DNA of 64,000 bases. Origin: Albugo candida. Lineage: Eukaryota. Below the pieces are notes generated by a model. That model was not told where the DNA came from. It worked only from the letters and a program-made list of their open reading frames with translations, and ran no database searches. The stretch lies in assembly GCA_040437565.1 (NCBI GenBank), contig JBDOQK010000079.1:1-64000 (forward strand), given 5' to 3'. Positions 51,190 to 63,600 of the stretch are shown one piece after another. Position numbers and translations under genes: made by a program. The first letter of the stretch is position 1, and every line of letters starts with the position of its first letter.

Positions 51190-54100
51190 ATGGACGCAAT
51201 TAGTGTTCTCATTCAGCAACAACATTTCATCAGCTACCAAAATTTATATTATTTCAAGCTGACGAATCAAATTTCCCAAAACTTAATAATCTCAATTTTG
51301 CTCGTCCATGTCGTCCTTATCAGCGCTTCTATTGTACGGAGATATCGACATTCCCCATCCCGGCGATACAGTGCTCATGAAGTCAAACACACACCGATAT
51401 TCAACCGACTTGTTCTTCTTTACGCGATTGTCCGCAGCTGCACAATGCTGATCGCACTCATTGTTTCTCCTGACAGCCGAACGGATTGGCTGCAATTCAT
51501 TTTCCACCAGACCGCAGAATGTCTCTTTTTTTCCATTTCAATGTTTCAAGTTTTATTTTGGATCGATATCGTAAACTCGAAAGTATCACTTCGATCTCGC
51601 TTGATTTGGAGGCTCTATTTAATTGCCAATGGGATTGTTTACGCACTGTTTGTTGGAAATGCAAGTTTAGAGCTCGTCGATATGACTCTTAACGTGCACA
51701 CTCGATGGAAAGTGTGGCTTCAAGGTGTATCTATGTTCATGATGACCATCAGCTCCATATTCACGAGCGTAGGCTTAATGTATTCGATGGTGAAGCTGCA
51801 CAAGCGAGTTCGACGTGTTATGAAACAACGATACAAAGCTGTTGTTGAAAAATTTTCCGACATTCAGATGTGGAACGGAAGTCGAGAAGAAGCTCAAAGT
51901 CGGTTTCATGGACGGGTACAGAAAAAGCTGTTTAAAGCACTTATTGTCGTGGAAATCGTATTGGGAATTGTGGCGATGATGTTTCTACTTCGAGCTTTTG
52001 TATATGGGACGTGTATGATCGGAACGTATGCTATCGCCAGCAATAGTCTCGGAACGTTCATGTTTGTAGCTGTAATACTCTGTGAAGCTCTTCCTGTTGG
52101 ATTGTTTTTTATGCTTATGTGGAAGGTGGAACCAAGCTCAATGCTGCCTTCTGTGGGTCAGCGTAGACCAAGCCGGAGAATGTCTCGAGTAACACGTCTA
52201 CCAGCAATGCTCGGCAATGAGTTTTATCCGGCTTGGGGTACACACGAGCAGGATGAAGTAACACCGTTGCTGTCGAATGTGGTCACTGGGTACTCTCCGT
52301 CGTATTTGCGTCGTGAAGAGGGCGGTCAAAGTTTAGTCACAACACCATCGACATGTCAGATAGGTTGTCAGGTCCCCGACACAATATTGAAAATAAATGC
52401 AGAATCCTTACACGAACACACATTGCCACATTGGGCAGGCATCCCCGCTTCCATGGATATTTATTCTTCAGCTTCGACACCGTGTGATTCAACCCGGAAC
52501 GGATACTTCACGGATGAAGAATCTCAGATGACTTTTAATCAAAAAAGTATTCGCTCAAGCTCACTCTCGTTGAAGTTGGGTGATCGCGTGCTGGAGAAAA
52601 CTCGAGTAAATTTATTCACTCTTGTGGAACACATGAAAGGAGCAGCAGCACCGACCTCTATACAATCTAATTCTGAAGGGAATCAATCGAATATGATTGC
52701 ATCAAAATCAAACGACAACTTGAGTCGGGGGTACTGCTCAACGCATTCCATGCAAATGTACAATCCAAGCAAACCGAATCATGTTTGGTTATCCTTCCAA
52801 TGTTTCAACCTCAAGGTACCTTTCAGGACTCCTGCTTGTAGCACGGTTCTTGTACTTGATGCTATCAATGTCAATGATCAGCAAGTGCTGGAGATTGGAC
52901 GCACAGAAATATCAAAAATGAAAGCCTGCACCAACGAAGCTGCAAGTATATTTTTTCATGTCATGATCTCGGTCAATGTGGACGAGGTTGAAATACTGCG
53001 AGCTTCTTTGTACGATGTGCGGAACATGCGAAATCCGAATGACCTCGATACTCAATGGCTTATCGGCCAAACTGTCATTTCAGCTGTACCTTATCGTAGA
53101 TTGGACCGAACGAACAGGAAATGGGGCCATGCGACAATGCATGAGTTGTACAACTCGTTCCCTCAAGTTGGACGCGTAGGTGATCTGATAGTCCGTTCTG
53201 AAGCCGACGTTCAATGCGCTTCTACAAAATCTACTGGGAATACGACACTCCCGCAGCGAATAACTCGAGCATTTGTATACCATCAAATCGATTTACTTCA
53301 GGCTCACAACTCTCAAGCGAATTTTCTCAGCTTCGATGGTTTGGAAACAGGTAGCAAACGCTTTGGATTACATAATCGATCAGAAACAAGGAAGATTCTG
53401 ATCGAGGAAGAACTTGTTGAGAGTGTTTACACGTGGGAAATTCCCTACCAGTTGCTACAACTTGTGCTCTCAGATCTGCTCTACAAGCTCAAGGTCCATG
53501 AAGAAGAAACGTTATCCGCCAAATATAAAGTCAAATCGACTTTCAGTGAGGAGAGAAGTGGAGCTTCACTATTCACAAATACGTACTCTCATCCACTCAA
53601 TGTTTTGGCTAGCAACCCAAGTCAAAGTACGGTCATGCAACACATGGATCCGAACATCATCCCCAAGGTTGATGGTGAAATCAGCATGCTTTCAGAGATG
53701 ATCTATCACATTCAAGACGACGCCATGGAGCGAAAAGAACGAAAATGGCGTTTTGATTTACTTGACAAGATGAAAGCTCACATCACAATGGCGGAGAAGG
53801 CGATACTTCTTTACAGTACGACAGAGTATGATGGTTTGACATTTAAACCAAGCACAAAGAAAGCGGATCCATGCCTTAGCTTTTTGGCATTGAATTTACA
53901 TCAACAATTGCTCACAATAGGATCAGCTATGCCGACATCAAGAAGTGATGTGGAATTACCGGGTGCCATCTCATCTTTGGGTGGACTTGAGTATAGTCAG
54001 TTAGTTGATTCCTTCAACTCGGAAGCAATTGTGTCACCTTCGAGCAAGATTCTCGGAAGAAGAGATACTCAGCGCCGATTGTGTGACTATTTCGCTGGTG

Positions 54101-55980
54101 ATGATTCTTGGAAGGATGGAGAAGAGGACGATGATGATCTTGATGATGAAGTCTATGGTCTGGTTGAAGGTTTTGAAGAGGAAGCTGCAGAGCCTACGGA
54201 TTCTATGGAAACCAAAGCTGCTATCATCTCTGCTTCGAATTTATTGACAAGTTCGCAGAAGACACTGAAAGCGATTCCACTCGCTGCTTCGTCTTCAACT
54301 GTAATGGATAGTTCGTCCGACCTCTCAAAGAACAAGAATGCTTCTCAGGGGGCTGTACTTTCATCATACAAGCCAGAACGATCCAGAAGTCGACTTGAAA
54401 GTATGCAAGCGATGGAAGCATTTGAAGAAATTGTTGCAGATATTCTGAGAAACGATCAAGATTCAGTTGAGCATATCGAAACAAATAGCGATCAAAGTTG
54501 TGAAACCGAAGCTGATTCGAGTATCAACCGTGGCGATCGAGACGACATGTCACAAGACGCATCGGAGAGGTCAGAAAAGCCACAACCTTTTCAATATTCA
54601 AGTCTTTATGGGACTATCACTGTTGGAGCCTTTGCTGCTCATGTGTATGGCTTCAAGAAGGGTGGTATCCGACAAATGCAAGAAGAGTTGTATAAAATTC
54701 AGTCCAACCTTGAGAAAGAAATAGCGAAAAAGGACACGTCGGAATTCTCAATTGACGTGCTTACCCAGCAACATCACGAACTCTCCTGGGATATCGAACG
54801 TAGACTCGAAGTCGCATTTTGTCAGGCTCTTAGTGCTCTTGTCACGTGTTTTCAGCAGACTCTTTTTGGGATTATTTACTCAGAAGGCACGCCATTTTAT
54901 CGATCGGGGCTCGAGTCAAGCGATGATTTATTATCAGAATCTCCATCGATTTCTATAGCGGAGTGTCGACTTCGATACATAGAGATGTTGTTGGAGATTG
55001 GATTCTTATTCTCTGTAGAGAGCTTGCTATCAACTTACAGAAAAGAAGCCGGCATGCTGGGAGATATGGATGCAGCTGTTCGAGAATTACAACGTTGTCG
55101 GATCTGTTTAAGTCGAGTCAATTCACCGAAAGAAGCAGAGTTTCGTGTCGCTCTTTCAACAACTCCAAGCGGACTTTTGATCGAATTGCCACTTATCCTG
55201 TGTGATCCACATCAGTATCCAAAAAGATCGATGCACCGAATATTGGGTCAGGACCGCAAAAGCGGAGCAATATATTTAGATCCAGCATCGCTCATAGTCT
55301 CATCGGAACGTCAGTGTGACAAGAATGCTACGGATGAACGATTAAATCGTCTTTTTACAAGCACAATATCCATTGTACCAGTTCTGTTCTCCCAGGGTGT
55401 CAATGAGATGCAGACAGTTGCGAATACAGTTGGAAAAGCATCACTTCAGCGGGAAATCAATGTTGCAAATTTTGCTCGTCTCGAGAGCTATTTCGACGAG
55501 TATTGCAAGTTCAGCCGACTTACGTGTCCGCTTCCTTGGACGAAAGAGCCACCTGACGGTTTTAGTGATGAAAAACACGATGGGTACTATACCTTTGCCG
55601 ACCAAAAGGCGATCTTTGAGGAGTTGCGAATAAACGTGCACCGAGCCGGTCGAGAAAAGAAATGTATGGAGATTCTGACACTTTCATCGTTTCTAGCTCG
55701 ATCACTAGGTGGTGGACGTGTGACATGCTGTAAGTCTGCAAAAGATAGAACGGCGATGTCAGTGACCCTCGAACAAGCCAATTTATTTGTACATTGTCAT
55801 CGATTACGTCCGGAATTACGAGATTTTGTCACGTCGCTACTCCGAACACATGGAGTGCGACGTGAAAATGCTCGGAAGAATATTGGACAAGCCAAATACT
55901 GTTTCAGCGCATTGCAGAATTACATGCTTCCTAGTGCATACAAGTGTCCACCAGGGACAGGAGGAGGAAGCAAATCCTGA
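51190..55980 (+). CDS. 7TM (GPCR-like) domain fused to inositol polyphosphate 4-phosphatase (GPCR-INPP type)
   Basis: About seven hydrophobic helices in the first ~310 aa, a C2-like region (EIGRTE), and INPP4 motifs FKPS, NLH, VLFSQGVNEMQT and the CX5R site CKSAKDRT. Confidence 0.9.
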   Translation: MDAISVLIQQQHFISYQNLYYFKLTNQISQNLIISILLVHVVLISASIVRRYRHSPSRRYSAHEVKHTPIFNRLVLLYAIVRSCTMLIALIVSPDSRTDWLQFIFHQTAECLFFSISMFQVLFWIDIVNSKVSLRSRLIWRLYLIANGIVYALFVGNASLELVDMTLNVHTRWKVWLQGVSMFMMTISSIFTSVGLMYSMVKLHKRVRRVMKQRYKAVVEKFSDIQMWNGSREEAQSRFHGRVQKKLFKALIVVEIVLGIVAMMFLLRAFVYGTCMIGTYAIASNSLGTFMFVAVILCEALPVGLFFMLMWKVEPSSMLPSVGQRRPSRRMSRVTRLPAMLGNEFYPAWGTHEQDEVTPLLSNVVTGYSPSYLRREEGGQSLVTTPSTCQIGCQVPDTILKINAESLHEHTLPHWAGIPASMDIYSSASTPCDSTRNGYFTDEESQMTFNQKSIRSSSLSLKLGDRVLEKTRVNLFTLVEHMKGAAAPTSIQSNSEGNQSNMIASKSNDNLSRGYCSTHSMQMYNPSKPNHVWLSFQCFNLKVPFRTPACSTVLVLDAINVNDQQVLEIGRTEISKMKACTNEAASIFFHVMISVNVDEVEILRASLYDVRNMRNPNDLDTQWLIGQTVISAVPYRRLDRTNRKWGHATMHELYNSFPQVGRVGDLIVRSEADVQCASTKSTGNTTLPQRITRAFVYHQIDLLQAHNSQANFLSFDGLETGSKRFGLHNRSETRKILIEEELVESVYTWEIPYQLLQLVLSDLLYKLKVHEEETLSAKYKVKSTFSEERSGASLFTNTYSHPLNVLASNPSQSTVMQHMDPNIIPKVDGEISMLSEMIYHIQDDAMERKERKWRFDLLDKMKAHITMAEKAILLYSTTEYDGLTFKPSTKKADPCLSFLALNLHQQLLTIGSAMPTSRSDVELPGAISSLGGLEYSQLVDSFNSEAIVSPSSKILGRRDTQRRLCDYFAGDDSWKDGEEDDDDLDDEVYGLVEGFEEEAAEPTDSMETKAAIISASNLLTSSQKTLKAIPLAASSSTVMDSSSDLSKNKNASQGAVLSSYKPERSRSRLESMQAMEAFEEIVADILRNDQDSVEHIETNSDQSCETEADSSINRGDRDDMSQDASERSEKPQPFQYSSLYGTITVGAFAAHVYGFKKGGIRQMQEELYKIQSNLEKEIAKKDTSEFSIDVLTQQHHELSWDIERRLEVAFCQALSALVTCFQQTLFGIIYSEGTPFYRSGLESSDDLLSESPSISIAECRLRYIEMLLEIGFLFSVESLLSTYRKEAGMLGDMDAAVRELQRCRICLSRVNSPKEAEFRVALSTTPSGLLIELPLILCDPHQYPKRSMHRILGQDRKSGAIYLDPASLIVSSERQCDKNATDERLNRLFTSTISIVPVLFSQGVNEMQTVANTVGKASLQREINVANFARLESYFDEYCKFSRLTCPLPWTKEPPDGFSDEKHDGYYTFADQKAIFEELRINVHRAGREKKCMEILTLSSFLARSLGGGRVTCCKSAKDRTAMSVTLEQANLFVHCHRLRPELRDFVTSLLRTHGVRRENARKNIGQAKYCFSALQNYMLPSAYKCPPGTGGGSKS

Positions 55981-56477
55981 CGGGTCATCGGATGACTATG
56001 GAAAATGGTGTATGAAATGTACAAAAAGTAGCTGAGAGCCAGCTACGAGGCGTAAGATGATCCTTTAGTGCTCTTTAGCGTTAATACAACACGTTCAATT
56101 CAGCTTAGCTGGAGCGCGTGATAGGAAGTGCAAAGCTGTAAGGATTGAAAAGGACTGCTGGTCATGCGGGGCTGATTGATCGAACAGGCTTTCTTACGAA
56201 GCTGTGAAAAAAGAGCTTCATTTCTTTGCAGATATTCCATTATGCGTTTGTAGCGGTCCGCAAAGAAAAGCATATGTAATAGACCATTGTCTGCTAGATC
56301 AATCTCGCGTACATTTTGCCTTCGGAAATGGGCTATTTGTATGGCATTTTTCAGCCCAACACCCCAATTGAAAGCAGAAGTAACGAAGAAAGCACACATC
56401 AAGGTACGCTAAAAGAGGAGGATAATTTTCCGTCCGACTCGAAGATGCCAATTTATTAAAATACTGGTGAAGAACTG

Positions 56478-56519
56478 ACATGTCGTTTGGAAATAACACA
56501 TGTCGTTTGGAAATAACAC
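56478..56519 (+). repeat. Perfect 20-bp tandem duplication
   Basis: acatgtcgtttggaaataac occurs twice in tandem, followed by ac. Confidence 0.9.
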
Positions 56520-57203
56520 TGATGGGGATAACCCGTCAATTATTGGAGAAAGCAGTATTAAGGAACTCGAATTCACTCTGTCTGTTTTGAGGCTTTATAC
56601 CTTACTCGACGTCGCTTACTAGCATTCTTGAAGGTCATGGTGGAGTCTAAGACAATACAATGCAATACATGACCTAGAAGAATATCACGAAAATCGTATT
56701 TGCCGAATTCTTCTGACTTAAGTAATCAAACGTAAGCGTTGCGAAGCTGCGTATCAAATATTTACAGACGACCGTAGAATGAACATAGGACACATATGGC
56801 GTAGTGCTCGATGGGATAAAGCGAGAAAAAAGGAGATTTCTACTTTACTTGCTTTAAGAAGCCGAAAATCATTTTGATGGACCATCAAACGCTTACTGAT
56901 CTGCAACATTTGCATATATGCGCTACAATGCATATCAATCGATGAAATGAAAGATTATAATGTGCTTGGATAGTGGCTTAGATGAGACGACATGACGAAG
57001 GATAGGTGGGTCAGCAGTCTTGGAACTAGTACAAGTAGATAACTTTACAGAGACCGACACCCAGCGTGCTCAGATTGACGCCAAGCACAAAGTGTATCTG
57101 CTTCGCGTTTGTGATACACGCTATATTTTTCTTTTAGGAAAATTTCTGGCCAAGGACGTAACGATGGTAGATTTATAGACGTATCCTTCGGTTCTTCAGA
57201 TTT

Positions 57204-58107
57204 TCAAGAACCACGAACTGTGGGCCAAGGGAATACTGCAGATAAAAGTTCTTTCCATACGATCTTTCGAATTTTCTTGACAAAAGAATCACGGATAGCG
57301 TCGCTGTTAGACAAGGCTTCGATGTAAGAAGACCATCGATATTGTTCCATTACTCTCTGCACTGCTTCCATGGCCAAGAAATGCTCCCTTTTCTCCTCAA
57401 AGTAGTTTACAGCAGTATTGCCACCAAAGAATGCTAGGATTGGACATTCAAGGTTCCAAGACTCCAAATGACCTCAAATACGTTTAAATGGATACTATGA
57501 GCTTGCTTTTCGGCTTTGAAACCACCAGAGCGTGATTTTGCACGTTCCACCAGCAATGTTAATAGATCTGCACTTCTATTTTGACTAAAAGTGGACCCTT
57601 TTTGCTTTTTTATATAGCAAAAATACTTGCGTAATTCTGCCCCGCTGTACCTGATAACAACCCCGTCTGTAATTTTTTAACGCAATCCAACAGAGACAAA
57701 GGAATTACAACAAAGTCAACCGAGGATCCGTTCACCTGATAGCTTACTGCGAAGCCGTTCCCAACAAAGTACACGCAACATTGCATGAATGTTGTGATAG
57801 CAGCGTAAGTCTTCATCTCCGGACAACCATATAGAACTTCTAGCTCTAATGGAAGGTTCTTCCAGCCTTCGATTTGTGGAAAGCTTACACGATAGTTGCT
57901 CTCTGAGCTCGGTATTAACTCGGAAAGATATGTTGAGTCTATAGCAAAATGAGAGCTGAGTCGATACTTCCATATTTCGGCATCAAACAAGTGTCGACAG
58001 CTTTTCCGACTATACTGAATAGCGATCAAGTAGTTCTTAAGGCTGTTATAGTCCAAAAATGTTAACATTGAGTTCAATGCGACCTCAGACTCTACTAATG
58101 CGAGCAT
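57204..58107 (-). pseudogene. Divergent macrodomain-like protein, copy B, with two frameshifts
   Basis: Paralog of 6476..7429 (ITTFMQCCVYFV, SVDFVVIP, YSGAELR, AEK, CPILAFF). The frame changes near 57672 (A-run) and near 57460. Confidence 0.7.
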
Positions 58108-58775
58108 TACTGTTTACTCGCCCACCACTCAATTGGGGAATAGCTTTTTTTCCACAAATGATTAATTGAAATCAACCAAATAGGTAGCATTGGAACGTAC
58201 GCCAGCAAAAACTTGCGAGATTACTGCAAACTTTCGTTAGATATTGTTTCGGCCAATGTTCGAATGCTCGAAAGACAGTCATGGGTGATATCATTTTAAA
58301 TTTGTAGAAAAAGTACTATGTGATGCGGATACTGTAGGATCGCGCAAGAACATATCCTGCTTATTCTACCTGATGTCAAGAAGCAAAGTAGTAAGTAACT
58401 GCCTGAGTCCTTTCCCTAAATTTAGCCGGTACGGCAGTTGAAAACGATTACCTTTGCCGTGAGAACAGGGGAAATCGAGTCGCTGCGGCGATGCCGACAA
58501 AACAACATATACGCCACTGGACACATTATCTGCTGGGATGAAAATGAGGAGTAAGTTGCACAAATCATTGCGATGTTGACAGGCTTGATTTCTATGCAGT
58601 CTTGACTTTGCTATCCTGTATTGAGGCGTAATCACAACGCGTTGTTGGTATCAGTCAGTAGGATAAGTCCAGGCAATCAAGATCACAAAAGTGATCTGGC
58701 CGTTCATCGTAACTTATGCGGGAACTCCAATCTTCAAGCTCAAAAGAAAAGTGCAAGCAAAATAAAAACTCGTGT

Positions 58776-59670
58776 GTTTTTTGTAAGCTCTTCAATCATA
58801 ACGTAATGACGAAATGCGATAGTATAAAGACGTTGAATGTCATAATCAACGTAAGGAAACGAATATACACTCGATATTTCATATTTCGTCTTTGTTTCTG
58901 TGTGCCCACGATAAGGGCNNNNNNNNNNNNNNNNNNNNNNNNNNNNNNNNNNNNNNNNNNNNNNNNNNNNNNNNNNNNNNNNNNNNNNNNNNNNNNNNNN
59001 NNNNNNNNNNNNNNNNNNGTTTTTTGTAAGCTCTTCAATCATAACGTAATGACGAAATGCGATAGTATAAAGACGTTGAATGTCATAATCAACGTAAGGA
59101 AACGAATATACACTCGATATTTCATATTTCGTCTTTGTTTCTGTGTGCCCACGATAAGGGCGCACTGAGCAGTACCTATTCGCCAATGTGACTGAGAGAT
59201 TCCCATTTCCTCTATTATACAGATGCGTACACCAGCACCTTCTCGTATTTATCTAGTTTCAGTTTTCATTAGTCATAAGTCCAAACGTATATGCGGCCGT
59301 GTAAATGAATTAAAGTATATAGATACTGTTTCTGGTCCTATTGTGCTTTGATATCGCTGCTGCAGTCATACAAAGTCGATGCCCGATCCAAACTTACATA
59401 TTGTCAGCTTAGCAGAAGCGATTGCCACTGTGACAAATCCACAAATACGTGTGAGTTCCAGCTACTTGCGTGTCCTTTCTGTACCGGAAAGCACAAAAAA
59501 AAAANNNNNNNNNNNNNNNNNNNNNNNNNNNNNNNNNNNNNNNNNNNNNNNNNNNNNNNNNNNNNNNNNNNNNNNNNNNNNNNNNNNNNNNNNNNNNNNN
59601 NNNNCCACAAATACGTGTGAGTTCCAGCTACTTGCGTGTCCTTTCTGTACCGGAAAGCACAAAAAAAAAA
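58776..59670. other. Two 100-N gaps, each with duplicated flanks
   Basis: 58776-58918 is repeated at 59019-59161, and 59439-59504 is repeated at 59605-59670. Confidence 0.9.
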
Positions 59671-60674
59671 GAGTCTCAAGTGGCTTTGGAAACCCTTCCA
59701 GCAGTGCAGCAACAATTTAAATAACACCAAATGAGGAATCAAAGAAACGTTATATATTTCCAGGCTAGCTGACAATGGAAGGCGCAGCAACTTTACGACT
59801 TAGTTACCATGTACTCCTATCAGTGTAGTCATCTCAATGTTCATCACCTATCAAAAGTATTGGAAAGATCCGCAATTCTTGCTAAGATAATTTATCAGAC
59901 ACACCTAGCTGATAGAAGACGCCAATATTTTAGCTCAATGTCGCACGACAAAATTGTATAATTTCAAGAGCGTTGCCTTGGATAAACTATCATTTGACGC
60001 TTTCTATAACGCTGAGTGGCATTCGAAAGATAAGCTACAAAAATAGCCCCTCTTCTCATACTTCAAGTAAATAGTTTCCTTCTAGCGCTTACGTCGTAAA
60101 TAATCGAATGTTGATATTTATTATGACGGAATCACCAGATTGTCGTATCTTGCATTTTTAGTCTAGTAGGAGTCGATGTTGCATCATTTAATTACCAAAA
60201 CAGTAAGTATTATATATGCAATTGCACGGGTCAGCAAGAAATTTAAGTGGTCTTGAGATTTTTCACGCAGGGTATCAAAACCGTACCTTGATTTATTCCA
60301 AGTAGGTGCTGGGGAACACACCTTAATACTTTACGCTATCTCCATAATGTGGTATGCCAAGCGGTCTTTAATAGTTTCCACGAGATTGCTTTAGTTGAGT
60401 GAGGAGAAATGTCCAGGAAGAGATTCTACATTTCCTTTAGCAAGCTCTAAGTAGATGATGAGAGCTGGCAAACCATACATGCAAATGGCGCCCAATATTT
60501 TGTTTGTCCATTCTGCTTGATCAGTGTGAGATAAATGAGAAACTCTTTTATTTGAAGCTTATGATCCTATCATCACTTCTCTCCCTTTCCTACAATCTTC
60601 GTAGATTACCAAGAGGCGCTTCATCCATTCCAAGGAACGCGATCTTTCGCCATCACTAGTCTCGCCTTTTCAAC

Positions 60675-63600
60675 ACTCCTTTCCGACGTGTCATCACACC
60701 AGTGAGACTAGCTTGCGTAGCGCATTGAACCGTGGCGCGGAAAACGTCCTGGTGAGAGTGTCAGCTCGCATGTAACGCGACTCACAATAGTCCACCTTGA
60801 TCGCTTCCTTCTGACTGTAATCCTTGCTAAACTTGAGTCGCACCGCGATATGCTTGGACCTCTCTGCGCTATATTCTCCTCGAATCTGCCTTATCGCTGC
60901 TTGAATATCCTCGTGCATCACCAAAGGTTTGACCACATGCACTCCAATCTCTCCCAGAAAATCCTCCAGTCCTAACAAATCAGTTGCCACAATCGAAGCC
61001 ACGAACTCAGCCTCCATCGTGGATAGAGCAACGCTCACTTGTTTACGACACATCCATCCAACAATCTTTCCATTAAGACAAATGACACTTCCACTAACCG
61101 ATTGCGGTCCGTACAATTCGCTGCATAATCTGCATCACTGTAGCTTTCCAGCATAATTGTTGGCAAATCGTCCTTTGTGGCGGTTCACTTTAGTTATGGC
61201 TTTAGATCAATCGTACCCTTCAGATAGCGAGCATCTATCTTTGTCCACCGCCAGTCGCATTCTCGTGGATCGTGCGCACGTCGGATAGCTCGATGAACTG
61301 CGAACGCAATGTCTGATCTTGTACGAGCCAGCCATAACAGACTTGCAATTATTGACTGAAACATTTTTTGACGGTGGGGTGCTCATCCATGCCGACATTA
61401 CCAAATGATAATAATTCACCCTCATCTCGTCATTTTGTTCCTCGCAATAGGTGTACGCGCCGGGTTAGCCTCTATCAAATGAAGTTTAGTAAGAATTTCT
61501 CGAATACTCTGCGCTTGTTCAAGATGATAGCCTTCATCGTTGTCGTACGTTTTTCCAACGCAAAGAACCTTGGTCACCTCTCCGAGATCTTTCACCTCAA
61601 GCACACGCATGTCCTTGTAAAATTGATCTACTTCGCTGATGCTTGTTCCGGTAACCATCAAGTCGTCCACGTAGACTCCCACTAGAGTTGTCGCCGACCC
61701 GACACCTTTCTTGTATAAATAACTGTCCGTATGACACTAATAAATCCGATCTTGAGTAGCGTGTAGCAATTTTGCCCACAAGCGTTCGGCTTGTTTAAGT
61801 CCATACAGGCTCTTTCGAAGTCTCAACGCCATCTTTATCTTGTCACTTGTGCCCAGACTGCTTAACTCATCCGCATCAAACTCCATACCTTGTGGCACGA
61901 GGAGGACATCTCAAGATCATCTTCTTTCTCGACCTTTACATAAGCGTTTGGGATATCGCCGTGTCGAGTTGAAACTATCCATAGTCGTTCACGAGCTAGC
62001 ACGACTTTTGCAGTCGTGATGTTCATCAAAGCGCTGAATGTCAATGTGTAATCCATTCCATATGCTTGCTCGTTACCGCATGCCACAAGTATCGCCTTGA
62101 ATTTTAAAGGGTTCCATCCGCGTGCTTCTTGATCTTAAAACTCACTTGAATGCAATATCTTTCAGCCAAGCGGGCAAATTATCAGCTCCCATGTACCGTT
62201 TGCCTTCAGGAATCGATTTCCGAGCGCATCGCATCACGTCACTTCTCCGCCTCTGCAGACTGTATTGCTTCCCGATATGAGGTCGGATCTCCAATCACAT
62301 TAGCCATCGCCACCGAAACATGTTTCGAGTAGTCATACGCTTTCTCGGTTTCTTTTCCCCTCCATGGTCAGCATCATCATTCACAGCTGTGTTAGAATTT
62401 GGAGTGCCCTTTCTCACGCGGTTACCGCGCCTTGAAACTTTCTTCAGATCTCTTGTAGCTCCTTCCGTTGAGCGACATCCTCTATATCCTGGGTGTCTTG
62501 CAAAGATGAATATTCTTGATGTAGATGCTCCTGTAAATGCTGATTTTCGTCAACTCCCATCGTTTCAACATTCTTGACGTATTGCGTTGTCATCACCAAG
62601 TTCTCGTGGAGAAGTTACACCTTGCACCCCTTAGTCTCGTCGTGCTTTCCGACAATTACTCCAACCTTGGCCCGTGGCTTTCACGCTTTTCGTCCCGGGT
62701 TGCGATACACATTACACGGACTTCCAACCACCACTATGTCAGAAATACTGGGGTTTTCCCGTCATTATGTCAAGTGGCCACGCTCGATTTGAATTCGAGC
62801 TACTCGGGATGCGCTTTGAAATATACGTGGCGTACTCCACTGCATCAGCCTCGGAAGTGCAACGCTAAGCCACTTGCGAAGAGCATGCTTCGCGCCATAT
62901 TGAGCACAGTCCTATGCATGCGCTCAACCTTTCCGTTGGATGCTTGGTTATTGGCTTCACTTATTTGTCTTATTACCCCATTCGACTTGCAAAACATATC
63001 GACGTTGCGATATTCCACTCCGCCATCTGTCCTTAAAATGTGGACCTTTCCCTCAAAAGCGCGCTCGAAAAAGGTCAAAAAATGCTCAAACATCTGGGCA
63101 GCAAGATTTTTCTTCCGCGCAACGAACACTCCACAGTAGTTAGATACGTGATCAACCAAGTTGTTCATGTATCGGTTTCTGTTTCGGTCCAGTGGCGTCA
63201 TTGTACCTTTAAGGTCACTGCAGAGTACTCCACCAATTCGATCAATTGGTGAGTGCGCGCCAGTATCCTTCTTGAACTGCGCATTCTTCGACTGCTTGCC
63301 TTAAGCGCAGGTAAGACATGTTGGTCGAGTTCGGTCGACTAGCAATTCCCGAGCCTGCACTGTCGTCCAGTTTTTCGACCGTGTCGTACATGAGATGTCC
63401 AATACGATTGTGTAGCTGCAATAAAGTGCATTTCACACGACCCATGGTATCGCCTTCAGAGCTAGCAGCCTGTAGAGTGGCATACACGACCTTGTTTCTA
63501 GTAGATGATGTCCCTTCACTCAAAGTTTTCACGGCCATCAAACTGTTTCTTTTTCAACTTCAAAGACTCGTGCTCTGTCGCTGGATCGCTTTAGTTACCC

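Noticed and set aside
56478-56519. Direct repeat as a CRISPR-like array
   Set aside because: Two adjacent units with no spacer, in a eukaryotic context.
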